Of a stretch of DNA of 64,000 nucleotides, positions 19,153 to 28,262 are shown piece after piece; position 1 is the first letter of the stretch, and each line of letters opens with the position of its first letter. The notes beneath the pieces are model-generated. The model was not told where the DNA came from, ran no database searches, and saw only the letters and a program-made list of their open reading frames with translations. The DNA is from a virus. The position numbers and the translations under genes were made by a program. The stretch is from positions 1 through 64,000 of the IMG/VR virus record IMGVR_UViG_3300037520_002383, one strand, 5' to 3'.

Positions 19153-20129
19153 TGAAAACCGACATGCTCCTGGCCAAAAGCGATGAACCGGGGGTCATCA
19201 ATCTCGCCGTCGGCGAACCCGGCTGTCTTCAAGACGCATTCAGCCTCTACGGACTATACGAATCCACCGACTTTATGCCAAAACAGTCATATCCGCCGTT
19301 GGCCGGTACACAGCCTCTGCTGGAGGAGTTACGCCAACTGCACCCCCGAAGCCATATTGTAGTAGCCGTTGGCGCAAAACACGCCCTTCTCGCCGCCATC
19401 TACGCCTATCGCCTGATCAGGGCCTCCGGCAACAGCCACATGACCGTTGTCCATCGCGCCCCCTACTGGCCCAGCCACAAGACGCTGGCGGAGTTCGTTG
19501 GCTGCTCCTTTGTCGCCAGCAGACCAGGCGCCGTCAACGAGATCCGCGTCAACACCAGCCCCAACAACCCCGACGGATCCATCGACCACACGCCCTGTGA
19601 CATCTGGGATGCTGCCTATGCCCACGAAGTATACGGCTTTGACGCCAAGGACACGCCACTGCATGAAACCGCCGTCTACAGCGCCGCAAAGCTGTTTGGT
19701 ATGTCCGGCGATCGCGTCGGCTGGCTGGTTACATCCAATCCCGAAGTCGCCAGGATTGCCGCCGCCTATGTCGAGTCAACCACCAGCGGCGTCTCGATCT
19801 ACAGTCAGCAGCGCGTTGCCGATGTTCTGTGGCGGATCCATGAACACCCCCAGACGGCACAGGCGGCATACGAATACGCTAGTGGGCGTATGCGAGAAAA
19901 CGCCTTGGATCTTGAGAATGTTTTGGATCAGGTGATCTTCTTCAACCGCGGCATGTTTGCGTGGCTCAAGGTCGACGAGGCCCTGCGTCGTCGCTTCGCC
20001 GCCGCCAAGGTCCGCTACCTGCCCGGCGAGGCCTGCGGCAAGCGGGGGTGGGCGCGCATCAACCTCGGCGCCAGCGATTTTATCTTCGATGCCGCTATCG
20101 TGAAGTTGACCAAGACACAAATGGCTTGA
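19152..20129 (+). CDS. PLP-dependent aminotransferase, class I/II
   Basis: INLAVGEP, TSPNNPDG, DAAY, YSAAKLFGMSGDRVGW (PLP lysine), C-terminal RINLG. Confidence 0.9.
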   Translation: MKTDMLLAKSDEPGVINLAVGEPGCLQDAFSLYGLYESTDFMPKQSYPPLAGTQPLLEELRQLHPRSHIVVAVGAKHALLAAIYAYRLIRASGNSHMTVVHRAPYWPSHKTLAEFVGCSFVASRPGAVNEIRVNTSPNNPDGSIDHTPCDIWDAAYAHEVYGFDAKDTPLHETAVYSAAKLFGMSGDRVGWLVTSNPEVARIAAAYVESTTSGVSIYSQQRVADVLWRIHEHPQTAQAAYEYASGRMRENALDLENVLDQVIFFNRGMFAWLKVDEALRRRFAAAKVRYLPGEACGKRGWARINLGASDFIFDAAIVKLTKTQMA

Positions 20130-20154
20130 CGACCGCCGCAGTCTCCTGTAGGCT
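20126..20154 (+). promoter_or_regulatory. Early promoter, leaderless
   Basis: TTGACG-N17-TAGGCT-N7-ATG. Confidence 0.8.
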
Positions 20155-20161
20155 GCGTGAC

Positions 20162-20410
20162 ATGAACACCACCAAGACCCTCGCCATCACCCAGTTCATT
20201 AGCGGCATCAAGGCCGAGGCCGTCCGTCGCATCCACGACGGCGCCATCGCCCTCATCGTCACGCGCCCCGCCGGCAACGGCATGGTTGACATTCATCAGG
20301 TGCCGTTCATGTCCGCCGACAGGGGAATGCAGGCCTACTACGATCTCGTCCAGTCCATCCGCAAGATGGAAGACGAGTTGATGCTGAGCAAGCGTCCGGA
20401 GGTTGTGTGA
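20162..20410 (+). CDS. Hypothetical protein (leaderless)
   Basis: MNTTKTLAITQF...; ATG 7 nt after TAGGCT. Confidence 0.7.
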   Translation: MNTTKTLAITQFISGIKAEAVRRIHDGAIALIVTRPAGNGMVDIHQVPFMSADRGMQAYYDLVQSIRKMEDELMLSKRPEVV

Positions 20411-20649
20411 AGAGAGTCGGCCACTGCTTCATTGACAGCCGTGACGGCATCCGTCGCAACGAATACGAAATCCTGCGCGGAATCTACGGAGGGCTCTTCA
20501 TTCGCTACATCGGCTACCGCCAAGGCGATCTGATTGTTGGGTTGCCACTCGCCGGCCCCAACGCCGCCCATATGCAGGTATTGCTTCATTATGAAGAACA
20601 CCGCGGTCTGTTGTCTGATATCACATTTTTCGAAGAGGAAAAGCCATGA
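20407..20649 (+). CDS. Hypothetical protein
   Basis: GGAGG SD; GTGA overlap. Confidence 0.6.
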   Translation: MKRVGHCFIDSRDGIRRNEYEILRGIYGGLFIRYIGYRQGDLIVGLPLAGPNAAHMQVLLHYEEHRGLLSDITFFEEEKP

Positions 20650-21113
20650 CGCAAGCGCAAGTTGATACTTTCAAGATCATCAAGGATGAAATCAATCTGC
20701 AGTCGGTTATTGCCGTCGTAGATCGATATCCAGAGGGTATTACACAGCGACAGGTTTTTGAAGTCATCTATCGAGGGCGGCCGTTGATGGCCACAGAGAT
20801 CGGCGCCCTGTACCAGCTGGTGTCTCGCAATCTCTCGCTGGCGGCCAAAGAAGGGTTCTTGGACGACAGCGAGAGTATCCGCGTTGGCCGTGGGCGGCGC
20901 ACTCTTTATCGTGTACCGGCTCAGCCGCTGCCGCCGCGAAAGACGAAGACGCAGAAGCTGCGGGAAGAAAACCTGAGACTTCAGCTCATCATTCAGCAGA
21001 TGCGAGAGGATCAAGAAAAACAGCTGCTGAATCTCAAGGCAACGGCTGTAGAACTCGAATCCCTGTCCCGCAGCCTCAACACCATCAACTTCAACACCGC
21101 CTACGACGGATGA
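20646..21113 (+). CDS. Putative winged-helix DNA-binding protein with coiled coil
   Basis: GITQRQVFE...VSRNLSLAAKEGFL...GRGRRTLYR pattern. Confidence 0.5.
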   Translation: MTQAQVDTFKIIKDEINLQSVIAVVDRYPEGITQRQVFEVIYRGRPLMATEIGALYQLVSRNLSLAAKEGFLDDSESIRVGRGRRTLYRVPAQPLPPRKTKTQKLREENLRLQLIIQQMREDQEKQLLNLKATAVELESLSRSLNTINFNTAYDG

Positions 21114-21301
21114 GGCACGCCATGTTTCTGAATCCCGATCTCTGCGAGATTCTTCGACCCTTCACTTTCACTGACGTCTTCGCGGGTTGCCGCGAACTGA
21201 CGCAAATGACCGAAGCCTATGACGTTGAAACGGGCCTGGGCGATGCCATTATAAATGGCGCCGCTGCCGTCATCTGCCCCGAAGACGTCTGCCCGGCTTG
21301 A
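21110..21301 (+). CDS. Hypothetical protein
   Basis: ATGA overlap; followed by a terminator. Confidence 0.55.
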   Translation: MRHAMFLNPDLCEILRPFTFTDVFAGCRELTQMTEAYDVETGLGDAIINGAAAVICPEDVCPA

Positions 21302-21309
21302 GTTTCACT

Positions 21310-21351
21310 AAATGCGGCAGTTGCACACTACAGTCAACTGCCGCATTTTAT
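21310..21351 (+). terminator. Intrinsic terminator (possibly bidirectional)
   Basis: AAATGCGGCAGTTG / CAACTGCCGCATTT 14-bp stem followed by T-rich sequence. Confidence 0.7.
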
Positions 21352-21364
21352 TCAACTCGCCCTC

Positions 21365-21394
21365 TTGACAGCCGCCTACGTCGCGTTTTAGGAT
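21365..21394 (+). promoter_or_regulatory. Early promoter, leadered
   Basis: TTGACA-N18-TAGGAT, then SD. Confidence 0.75.
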
Positions 21395-21413
21395 GACGAG
21401 CAAGGAGACGACC

Positions 21414-21836
21414 ATGAACAAGATCACTACCTGCCTGCCTCTGAACGACAACAACGGCAATAGCGTCATCAACGCCGTCAATACCGTTACCGATACCTTT
21501 GGCGCCATTGCGCAACAACTGACGGGCTTGCCGGGGAATGGGCTGTGGCGGAATCAAGCAGGGGTCGTGTTCAGTGACCCCGTGTTGGTGCTTACCGCCG
21601 TATTGCCCGAGGCAGCTGATGTCAATCAAGCCCGAGCCTTGGCGGAGGCCGCACTTCTTCGCTATAAGGCAGAAGCGGCTCAGGAATCGGTAGTCATGGC
21701 CATCAACGACGATGGCATCTCCGGTGCCGTCGATGATTTACTGGCGGCGCACGGAGGCTGCACGCAGGTGACCATGGATGCAGAAGGCAATGACGTCGAC
21801 ATCGCCTTCTCCTTCAGCGCCCCCATTTTCCTCTAG
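21414..21836 (+). CDS. Hypothetical protein
   Basis: Own promoter and AAGGAG SD; its stop overlaps the stop of the convergent hub gene. Confidence 0.7.
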   Translation: MNKITTCLPLNDNNGNSVINAVNTVTDTFGAIAQQLTGLPGNGLWRNQAGVVFSDPVLVLTAVLPEAADVNQARALAEAALLRYKAEAAQESVVMAINDDGISGAVDDLLAAHGGCTQVTMDAEGNDVDIAFSFSAPIFL

Positions 21837-23821
21837 TCTTCGTTTCTTTCGACGGTCACGCCGTCATACACCCTGAAGCCAACGGCGTCGGCATCCTCCG
21901 GCGCCTTGTCTTTGGGCTCTTCGTGTTGCGGACCACCGCTAGCCAGATATGTATCGCTGCCCATGCCAAACTTCCAGCCCGGCCTATCGTCCTCTAAAAT
22001 CACTTCGGGAGTATCAATCATATACACATTGTCGTAGCTACCGACGTCATCAGACGCCGTGCTGATGCCGCTCGATACCAATAGCTCAGTGGTAAATGAT
22101 CTCATTCCAACGCCCTGAATGCCACCTGAGTGATTGATCTGTTCGATGTGATAGATGCCGCCATCATACTCAATATTTGACCCCACACAGATGGGTTCTT
22201 GGATTCCCGTGAGCGTCAGGGATCCACTGAATCGTAGGTGTTGGGTTGTCACGAGATCGGCCATCAATGCAGTATAGTAGCCGGCTGGAGAATGGTCCAA
22301 CCTAGCGAAGTTGGCGACATTCATGTTCGTGCTCAGGCCCTTAGTGTATACGCTCAGGCCGTTGCGTTCAATGTCCTTGCGATCGACAAACGGCGGCGCC
22401 AAAACATACAGGGCGTTTTCATTCATGTATGCGGAGTTGGAGGCTAAGGTAATGTCGGTTGCCGGCAAATGAATGTAGTTGAAGCGCACGGCGTCGCTTG
22501 ATCCCAGGTTTTCCGTCTCCACAAGTTTCGGAGAAATCACCCATCGCGGCAAATCGACGAAAGCCGTCTGTCCGGTCTTGATGTTGGTGCCGGCAGTGGA
22601 GTTGTGATTGTCAAAGTATCGGCTGCTGAAGGGGGACTGTCGTGCAACGATCGTGGGGCGCACACAGCCATCAGACCCAACGTGCAAAGTCGTGTAAATC
22701 TCATTGATGGGCGCATTGAGATAGGTGCCGAGTATCCGCCAGATCGGGGCCTCATTGAAGTCCAGCGCCTGAGGCACATAGAGCCCCTCCAGGAAGTTGT
22801 CGTCGCCGACCACCGGCACCAGCCCGCTTTCAGCCGGCACTACACCGGCTTGGCGCCGTACTACATTGTCGTTTGCGTAACTCTGCAGGCCAATGAAGGC
22901 ATGGGAGATGTCGCTGAAGTTGTAGCCCTCGGGCGACTTGACGCCATTCAGCAAAACGCCGACCGTCTGCGGCACGGCTACGCGCACGCCGCCCGTGGGG
23001 CTGGCTGTGGCGATTTGGTTTTCGGTGGGGGTGCTGGGTCGTAGACCAAACGTCCACTTCTCTCCCAACCCCCGCCCCAAACAGGCATTGAGCAGTGTCG
23101 CCACGGCCTTACCGGCGGGGATCGCTCCCTGACCGCCGGCCAAAATAAAATCATTGACCCCAGAAGCATCTAGGATGAACTGCAGGTCGTTCTGACCATA
23201 GGCGCCGCGGAAGGCGGGATTGAAATGCACCTTGTAGGCAACTTCCCGGAAGGAAATGGCCGAGATCGCGTATTGGCTGGTGACGATGCCGCTATCGGGA
23301 CGGCGCGATCGATATCGGCGAACCGACGCAACGCGGCCCACAAACTTCAAACCGTCGTGAAAGGAGTTGCAGGCGTTCTTTTGCTTATTCAAGCCATCAA
23401 AAGACATGGCATCATTCAGCACCGCATCTCGATCCTTGACTTGACGCAGAATACTGCGAATGCGAATGTAGTCTTCGCGGTTATCGAAGGCCCAAAACAT
23501 AATCCAATCGCCACCCGCGACCTTGCGGCGCCAATCTATGCCGGTATTGGATAACGACATCGTCAGGGTACCCTGAGGATTGGTTTTGGAGTGCGACGTC
23601 GACCACTGAAAGATTTCATGCTCCCAAAGTATCTTGGGGCCTTCTCTCATACCATCGATCGATGGCAATGAAATATCCTGCTTGTAGGCACTGTTCTGGT
23701 CCAGAATCCGCATGCGGTCTGCCGTGACGCGATAAAAGAAGGGGACCACCAGAGCCAGCCAATAGGGGGTGATCTGATGGCTGTCGCCGGAGTTGGGTTC
23801 GAGGACGTAACGGAAGGCCAT
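21833..23821 (-). CDS. Baseplate hub protein (T4 gp27/Mu gp44-like)
   Basis: Position between tape measure and spike; KFVGRVASV; C-terminal FSGSLTLTGIQEPICVGSNIEY...YHIEQINHS...FTTELLVS. Start uncertain (ORF open to 23989). Confidence 0.75.
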   Translation of the reverse strand: MAFRYVLEPNSGDSHQITPYWLALVVPFFYRVTADRMRILDQNSAYKQDISLPSIDGMREGPKILWEHEIFQWSTSHSKTNPQGTLTMSLSNTGIDWRRKVAGGDWIMFWAFDNREDYIRIRSILRQVKDRDAVLNDAMSFDGLNKQKNACNSFHDGLKFVGRVASVRRYRSRRPDSGIVTSQYAISAISFREVAYKVHFNPAFRGAYGQNDLQFILDASGVNDFILAGGQGAIPAGKAVATLLNACLGRGLGEKWTFGLRPSTPTENQIATASPTGGVRVAVPQTVGVLLNGVKSPEGYNFSDISHAFIGLQSYANDNVVRRQAGVVPAESGLVPVVGDDNFLEGLYVPQALDFNEAPIWRILGTYLNAPINEIYTTLHVGSDGCVRPTIVARQSPFSSRYFDNHNSTAGTNIKTGQTAFVDLPRWVISPKLVETENLGSSDAVRFNYIHLPATDITLASNSAYMNENALYVLAPPFVDRKDIERNGLSVYTKGLSTNMNVANFARLDHSPAGYYTALMADLVTTQHLRFSGSLTLTGIQEPICVGSNIEYDGGIYHIEQINHSGGIQGVGMRSFTTELLVSSGISTASDDVGSYDNVYMIDTPEVILEDDRPGWKFGMGSDTYLASGGPQHEEPKDKAPEDADAVGFRVYDGVTVERNED

Positions 23822-23873
23822 TGGCGGACTCGCGGCAAGAGAAAAAGGAGCTGGGTTGAGAAGGTTTTGCCCC

Positions 23874-23902
23874 TTGACCTCATAGCCGGGGCCTGCTACA
23901 AG
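23874..23902 (+). promoter_or_regulatory. Sigma70-type promoter, extended -10 (weak)
   Basis: TTGACC-N17-TACAAG preceded by TG. Confidence 0.45.
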
Positions 23903-23906
23903 ATTG
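23900..23906 (-). promoter_or_regulatory. Candidate late promoter CAATCTT
   Basis: 79 nt upstream of hub ATG 23821. Confidence 0.6.
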
Positions 23907-23948
23907 CAGGTCGCGGGTCTTCTGCTACCAATCGAGGGAGTGAGTATC

Positions 23949-24347
23949 ATGACAAACACGAAACCGCATGTGACTGACATCTGGTTCACGCAGCATTGCC
24001 AAGAACGACTGCGTAGCCGCTATCCGCGCGCCGGCATCCGCGGTGCCCAGTCGATTTACGAGGAGGGGCTGGTGCTGAGCGCCGAGCAGGCCCACACGCT
24101 GATGGTACGACACCCTGCGTCAATGGAAGGACGCCAAATCAAGTATGTAATCGATGCCGGACTCACGGGTGTCTTTGTTCTCGTAGCAAAATACGGAGAG
24201 CTGGAGGGCATGCTGCCCTATAGTGCCGTTACCTTCAAGCGCCTGACCGTGGATCAGAGCCAGCTGGCTAGTCAGATTTTGGGAGTAGAGCCGCGGCAAC
24301 CGCGTGTTGGTCGCCAGACCTCAGCCTACGAACAACACGTTGCCTGA
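23949..24347 (+). CDS. Hypothetical protein
   Basis: GGGAG SD; FTQHCQERLRSRY start, seen in RelE-like folds (weak). Confidence 0.65.
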   Translation: MTNTKPHVTDIWFTQHCQERLRSRYPRAGIRGAQSIYEEGLVLSAEQAHTLMVRHPASMEGRQIKYVIDAGLTGVFVLVAKYGELEGMLPYSAVTFKRLTVDQSQLASQILGVEPRQPRVGRQTSAYEQHVA

Positions 24348-24356
24348 GGAGCCGCC

Positions 24357-24872
24357 ATGCCCCAACCGCGTCCCCGACGTCGCCGCAAGGGCGAGGAAAC
24401 CTACTACCTGACCGTTACCAGAAAGCAGGCGCAGGTCATCCAGCAGGCCTGCGAGGTCATCATGCGGTTGGGGCTGGGTCAGCTGGACTACATCACTGAT
24501 CACATCCACCACCTGCCGCGGCTGAAGACGCCGAAGCAGCCGCATGACGAGGCACAGATGCAGGAGTGGTATGCGGCTAACCGCCGCGTCCGCGACCTGT
24601 TGGATGCCGTAACCTTTGCCGCCAGTGGATGGCAACCCGGCACCAGTTACGGCATCGGCAGCCCCGAACTGCCACCTGAAGCCACCATCGCCGCCGACAT
24701 CCGCGACGTCATCCGCCACCGACTGGCACACGACCGACTGCAGCCGGGCGAGAAACGTGGCTGGACGGTCGATTTCGATGACCCCATGCACTGGGGCGTC
24801 GAGCCGCTACTTGACATCCGCAGACCCAAGACGAGGAAAAAGACCAGTGAAGAAAAAACAAAGCCATCGTGA
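24357..24872 (+). CDS. Hypothetical protein
   Basis: GAGGAG SD; 171 aa. Confidence 0.7.
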   Translation: MPQPRPRRRRKGEETYYLTVTRKQAQVIQQACEVIMRLGLGQLDYITDHIHHLPRLKTPKQPHDEAQMQEWYAANRRVRDLLDAVTFAASGWQPGTSYGIGSPELPPEATIAADIRDVIRHRLAHDRLQPGEKRGWTVDFDDPMHWGVEPLLDIRRPKTRKKTSEEKTKPS

Positions 24873-25071
24873 AAAGTGTTTGGAAGCCGCTCAGGTCATC
24901 CGCGCCAAGAGGTATCCGGGAGTGCTGGACTTTGAGGCCCTTGAGGGGCTGAGCGCCGCCCGCACCCTCATCGCCCTCCTCGGCGTCATCGAGAAGCAGG
25001 GCGTTGAGATCAAGCGCCTGCAGCGTCAAATGGCGTCGATGGACAATCGCAAAAAGGCCAAGAAGACATGA
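24847..25071 (+). CDS. Hypothetical basic protein
   Basis: GAGGA SD before GTG; ATGA overlap with the next gene. Confidence 0.5.
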   Translation: MKKKQSHREKCLEAAQVIRAKRYPGVLDFEALEGLSAARTLIALLGVIEKQGVEIKRLQRQMASMDNRKKAKKT

Positions 25072-25472
25072 GTGGCATCCCTGACCCCTACCTCGTCCAT
25101 CTTACGTTATCCGTTGTTCGCGTAGACCTACGCGGCATAACGCCGCAGGGCCTAGAAGCCTTTCTGAAGAGCCACGACTGGAAAGCCGAGGAACCAGAAC
25201 GGAGGCTGTGGTGGGGTCTTGACGGCTCCCCCACCGGTGCCTTCCGTGTCTGGACCAAGGGCCAATGGGAGGTCATGGTGCCGCTGCGGTCATCTCATAC
25301 CGACTATTGCCGCCGTGTCCATGAGGTGCTGTTACGCATAGCTCAGGCCATGAATGTGACCGCAGGGCAAGTTTACTTTGACACGCTGATACAGCACATG
25401 AGCGACACGGCAAAGGAAGATGACTATGAATCACCGATGGTGGGAACTAATGGAAGCAATCAAAGACACTGA
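25068..25472 (+). CDS. Hypothetical protein (possible HicA-like fold)
   Basis: LEAFLKSHDW...VMVPL...DYCRRVHEVL pattern. Confidence 0.55.
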   Translation: MSGIPDPYLVHLTLSVVRVDLRGITPQGLEAFLKSHDWKAEEPERRLWWGLDGSPTGAFRVWTKGQWEVMVPLRSSHTDYCRRVHEVLLRIAQAMNVTAGQVYFDTLIQHMSDTAKEDDYESPMVGTNGSNQRH

Positions 25473-25794
25473 ACTGCCTCATGGCGCACTGGCATCGGCG
25501 ACGGTTTATCGGCCGCAAAAGAAAGCCATCAATCGTGAGTCAGTAGCCCTCATCGCCTATGTGGCGGCGAAGGCGGCGGGGGAAGCGGGGCTGACGCGCA
25601 CCGAGTTCATCGATCTCTGTAATGACGAGTTCAGCAAGGCCGTTCCGCCGCCACCGCCGCCGAAGCCGTCTGAAGACAAGGATTTCAGCGAGGCCGACAT
25701 CGTCAAGGCTCTCAGCGGCATGATGGCGCCGGCCGTAGCCAAGGCCGTCGTGTCGCGCCTGAAGAACAAAGAGGCGAAGGGAGCCGACAAGTGA
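25420..25794 (+). CDS. Hypothetical protein
   Basis: Start uncertain; poly-Pro linker; GTGA overlap. Confidence 0.6.
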   Translation: MTMNHRWWELMEAIKDTELPHGALASATVYRPQKKAINRESVALIAYVAAKAAGEAGLTRTEFIDLCNDEFSKAVPPPPPPKPSEDKDFSEADIVKALSGMMAPAVAKAVVSRLKNKEAKGADK

Positions 25795-26081
25795 CGTACC
25801 CCGTCGACACCGAGGCGCCCTTGGATAAGACGCTGGAGCTGGAGGCAATCGCCAAGGACCACGCCAATGCCCTTGCCCTTTGCCCTCCGGGGCTGCTGAA
25901 GGCCTACGGCGCCTCGGTGTCGCCGCTTTCTGATGCCGTGGCGGCCATGGCCGAGGTCCACAGACACCACCGGGAGTGGTCGGTGAATAAAGAACGCCGC
26001 CACGCCGCTGAGAAGCAGCTGCTGCGGGAAGAGATCGCGGTGCTGAAGAAGATGCTTGACGAAGCCAGTGGTGGCCGATAG
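25791..26081 (+). CDS. Hypothetical protein
   Basis: GGGAG SD; its TAG stop lies in the -10 of the next promoter. Confidence 0.65.
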   Translation: MTYPVDTEAPLDKTLELEAIAKDHANALALCPPGLLKAYGASVSPLSDAVAAMAEVHRHHREWSVNKERRHAAEKQLLREEIAVLKKMLDEASGGR

Positions 26082-26084
26082 AGT
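26056..26084 (+). promoter_or_regulatory. Early promoter, leaderless
   Basis: TTGACG-N17-TAGAGT-N6-ATG. Confidence 0.8.
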
Positions 26085-26090
26085 GGGCGC

Positions 26091-26501
26091 ATGAACAACA
26101 CCGCCGCCAAGAAAGTCGCCGTCACCGTCGTCACCAAGGGCATGTTCGGCATCCGCGTCACCGAGGGCTGGCTGCTGGACCACGGCACCCGCAAGTGGGC
26201 GCAGTACGACGCCGCGCCGTTCGTGATCTTCGTCCCCAAGGGCAAGCGCAAGGCCGTTAGCTTCATCGAAGGCTATAACCCCTACATCGTGATCCTCGCC
26301 GGCCACAACCTCGGCCTTCAGAAGGCCGTTGACGACCAGTTCGTGACTGAAGCCGGCGCCACTGCTGGTGTCGTTGTCAGCCGTAGCCGCTACCTGTCTT
26401 GTGACCCCCGCTATTCGACCGACTTCAACGCCGCCTTGGCGGCTCGCAGCGACCTGACGGTCATCGCCGACTACCGCCGAGAGAAGCGGCTGGCGGCCTG
26501 A
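26091..26501 (+). CDS. Hypothetical protein (leaderless)
   Basis: ATG 6 nt after TAGAGT; strong C-ending codon bias. Confidence 0.8.
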   Translation: MNNTAAKKVAVTVVTKGMFGIRVTEGWLLDHGTRKWAQYDAAPFVIFVPKGKRKAVSFIEGYNPYIVILAGHNLGLQKAVDDQFVTEAGATAGVVVSRSRYLSCDPRYSTDFNAALAARSDLTVIADYRREKRLAA

Positions 26502-26588
26502 CTCTCAACTTAGCCCCCTACGGCAGCCGCTTGTTTAGGCGGCGAGCGGCTGCCGAGAATCCCCATACCGCCACTAGGAAGATGATCC

Positions 26589-26837
26589 ATGTCCAAGAAG
26601 AAGCTTGCTGTCGCCATTTTTGTTGTCTCCTCTGCCCTCGTCGCCCTCTTGTTCGCCTCCAAGGCCACGGAGCCTCAGGCGGCGGAGGCGGCCCCGGCAA
26701 CGGCAGCCGTGACGCCAGTGGTCGACGGCGGCCCGGCGATTGTCGCCGAGGGCGAAGGTGACCCGAAGCCCATGGAGGCTGCGGCTACTACGGCCGCGGC
26801 AACAGAGGCTGCGGCTACGACGAATACACAAAAGTAA
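26589..26837 (+). CDS. Membrane-anchored/exported Ala-Thr-rich protein
   Basis: MSKKK plus hydrophobic helix; low-complexity tail. Confidence 0.65.
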   Translation: MSKKKLAVAIFVVSSALVALLFASKATEPQAAEAAPATAAVTPVVDGGPAIVAEGEGDPKPMEAAATTAAATEAAATTNTQK

Positions 26838-26859
26838 ACTCTAAGTTTACTTTTGTGTA
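26825..26859. repeat. Perfect 16-bp inverted repeat with 3-nt loop
   Basis: TACACAAAAGTAAACT-CTA-AGTTTACTTTTGTGTA. Confidence 0.95.
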
Positions 26860-26867
26860 AGCAATCG

Positions 26868-26897
26868 GGGGCGCCGCAAGTCGGCGCCCCTTATTTT
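26868..26897 (+). terminator. Intrinsic terminator
   Basis: GGGGCGCCG-CAAGT-CGGCGCCCC-TTATTTT. Confidence 0.8.
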
Positions 26898-26901
26898 ACC
26901 C

Positions 26902-26931
26902 TTGACACAGGCACCGGTTTCTGACTAGGAT
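26902..26931 (+). promoter_or_regulatory. Early promoter, leaderless
   Basis: TTGACA-N18-TAGGAT-N7-ATG. Confidence 0.75.
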
Positions 26932-26938
26932 GACGCCC

Positions 26939-27328
26939 ATGAATCCTCCGTTGTTTGTCAATCATCCCCAGCCCCTGACGCGCCTGCAGTATGCAGCCTG
27001 GCGTCGAGTCATCGATGGCCTCAAAGACATCCCCTGTCTCCTGATTCAGAGCAGCATGGGGGCTTATGGGCGACTGTACATCAGCGTTGCCGTTGGGCAA
27101 GACGCAGTTCACGTTCCTGACTTCAACACCAACGAGAGCCTGCAGGAGGGTACCGGCGTCTATCTCTTCTGGATCGGGCCGCGGGGCGCCGTCGAAAGCA
27201 ACCGCTGGGGCTTTTTATTGGATGACGCCCTGGGTCTGAAGGCCGAGGAGTATTTCTGCGCCTGCTTAGATGACATCGCGCAGACGGCCACGGAACTGTA
27301 TCATCGACTCAAGGAGATTGCACAATGA
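26939..27328 (+). CDS. Hypothetical protein (leaderless)
   Basis: ATG 7 nt after TAGGAT. Confidence 0.7.
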   Translation: MNPPLFVNHPQPLTRLQYAAWRRVIDGLKDIPCLLIQSSMGAYGRLYISVAVGQDAVHVPDFNTNESLQEGTGVYLFWIGPRGAVESNRWGFLLDDALGLKAEEYFCACLDDIAQTATELYHRLKEIAQ

Positions 27329-27642
27329 CTAAGGCTGCAAATATCTGGACAGAAGCATATGAATCGGCGCGATCCGTGATGACTATCGATCGCGCTCTGG
27401 AGCGCGCAGACGCCGTCCTGTTGCATCGCCTCAATCTGAGTCTGCAGTTCAGGGAGGAAAGCGGCTGTAGACTGCTAGTGACGCTGCGTCTACCCGATGA
27501 CCGCATCATCACCCACGCCTGCGTTGGCTATCTGACGCCCACGATTCGCGTGCGAGTCACCAAGGCTATTTTGAGGCTAGTAACGCCAGCGGTTTTGGCT
27601 GCCGCAATCCCTACAGCCAGCGAAACGGGGAGTGGGGAATGA
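27325..27642 (+). CDS. Hypothetical protein
   Basis: AAGGAG SD; ATGA overlaps at both ends. Confidence 0.65.
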   Translation: MTKAANIWTEAYESARSVMTIDRALERADAVLLHRLNLSLQFREESGCRLLVTLRLPDDRIITHACVGYLTPTIRVRVTKAILRLVTPAVLAAAIPTASETGSGE

Positions 27643-28238
27643 CCAACTCAAAGCCTCTGAGATTGATGATTTACGATGCCACCGATCGCAAGGGCCTTAC
27701 TCAGGCCTGGTTCTTGGGCGGCGCCTTGTATGAGGCCCTTCGGCGACTCGATACCTGCGCTGGCTTTGCGCGATGGGAAGACGCCCTGTCTTGGATCAAT
27801 ACGCAGGCCGAGCAAACGGGCCGTAAGATTGGTCAAATCCAATACTGGGGACACGGTAATCGGGGACTGGTGGCCATGAACGGCGCCGGCCTCAACGCCC
27901 ATGCCTGCAGCCATCCCTACTGGGGCGGCTTCTTTCGCGACATCAAACGCCATCTCACCCCAGACTCCCTGCTATGGTTTCGCACCTGTGCGACGTTTGG
28001 CGGCGCCGCGGGCCAGCGGTTTGCCCGCAACTGGAGCAACGCTTTGGGCTGTCGCGTTGCCGGCCACACCCACATCATCGGCCCCCTACAGTCGGGCCTG
28101 CACTCCCTGGCCCCCGGTGACGACTTCAGCTGGAGTCAGCAAGAGGGCTTAGATGGCCGGGACGGAGTCGCCGCCAGCAGCCCCTGGGCTCCCAACACCA
28201 TCACCTGCCTGCATGGAAGCGTTCCCGCCGGCTGGTGA
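27639..28238 (+). CDS. DUF4347-like / clan CD-like His-Cys fold protein
   Basis: IQYWGHG...LLWFRTCATFGG...GCRVAGHT pattern. Confidence 0.55.
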   Translation: MTNSKPLRLMIYDATDRKGLTQAWFLGGALYEALRRLDTCAGFARWEDALSWINTQAEQTGRKIGQIQYWGHGNRGLVAMNGAGLNAHACSHPYWGGFFRDIKRHLTPDSLLWFRTCATFGGAAGQRFARNWSNALGCRVAGHTHIIGPLQSGLHSLAPGDDFSWSQQEGLDGRDGVAASSPWAPNTITCLHGSVPAGW

Positions 28239-28262
28239 CGCGACGAAGACTAAGGAGAATCT

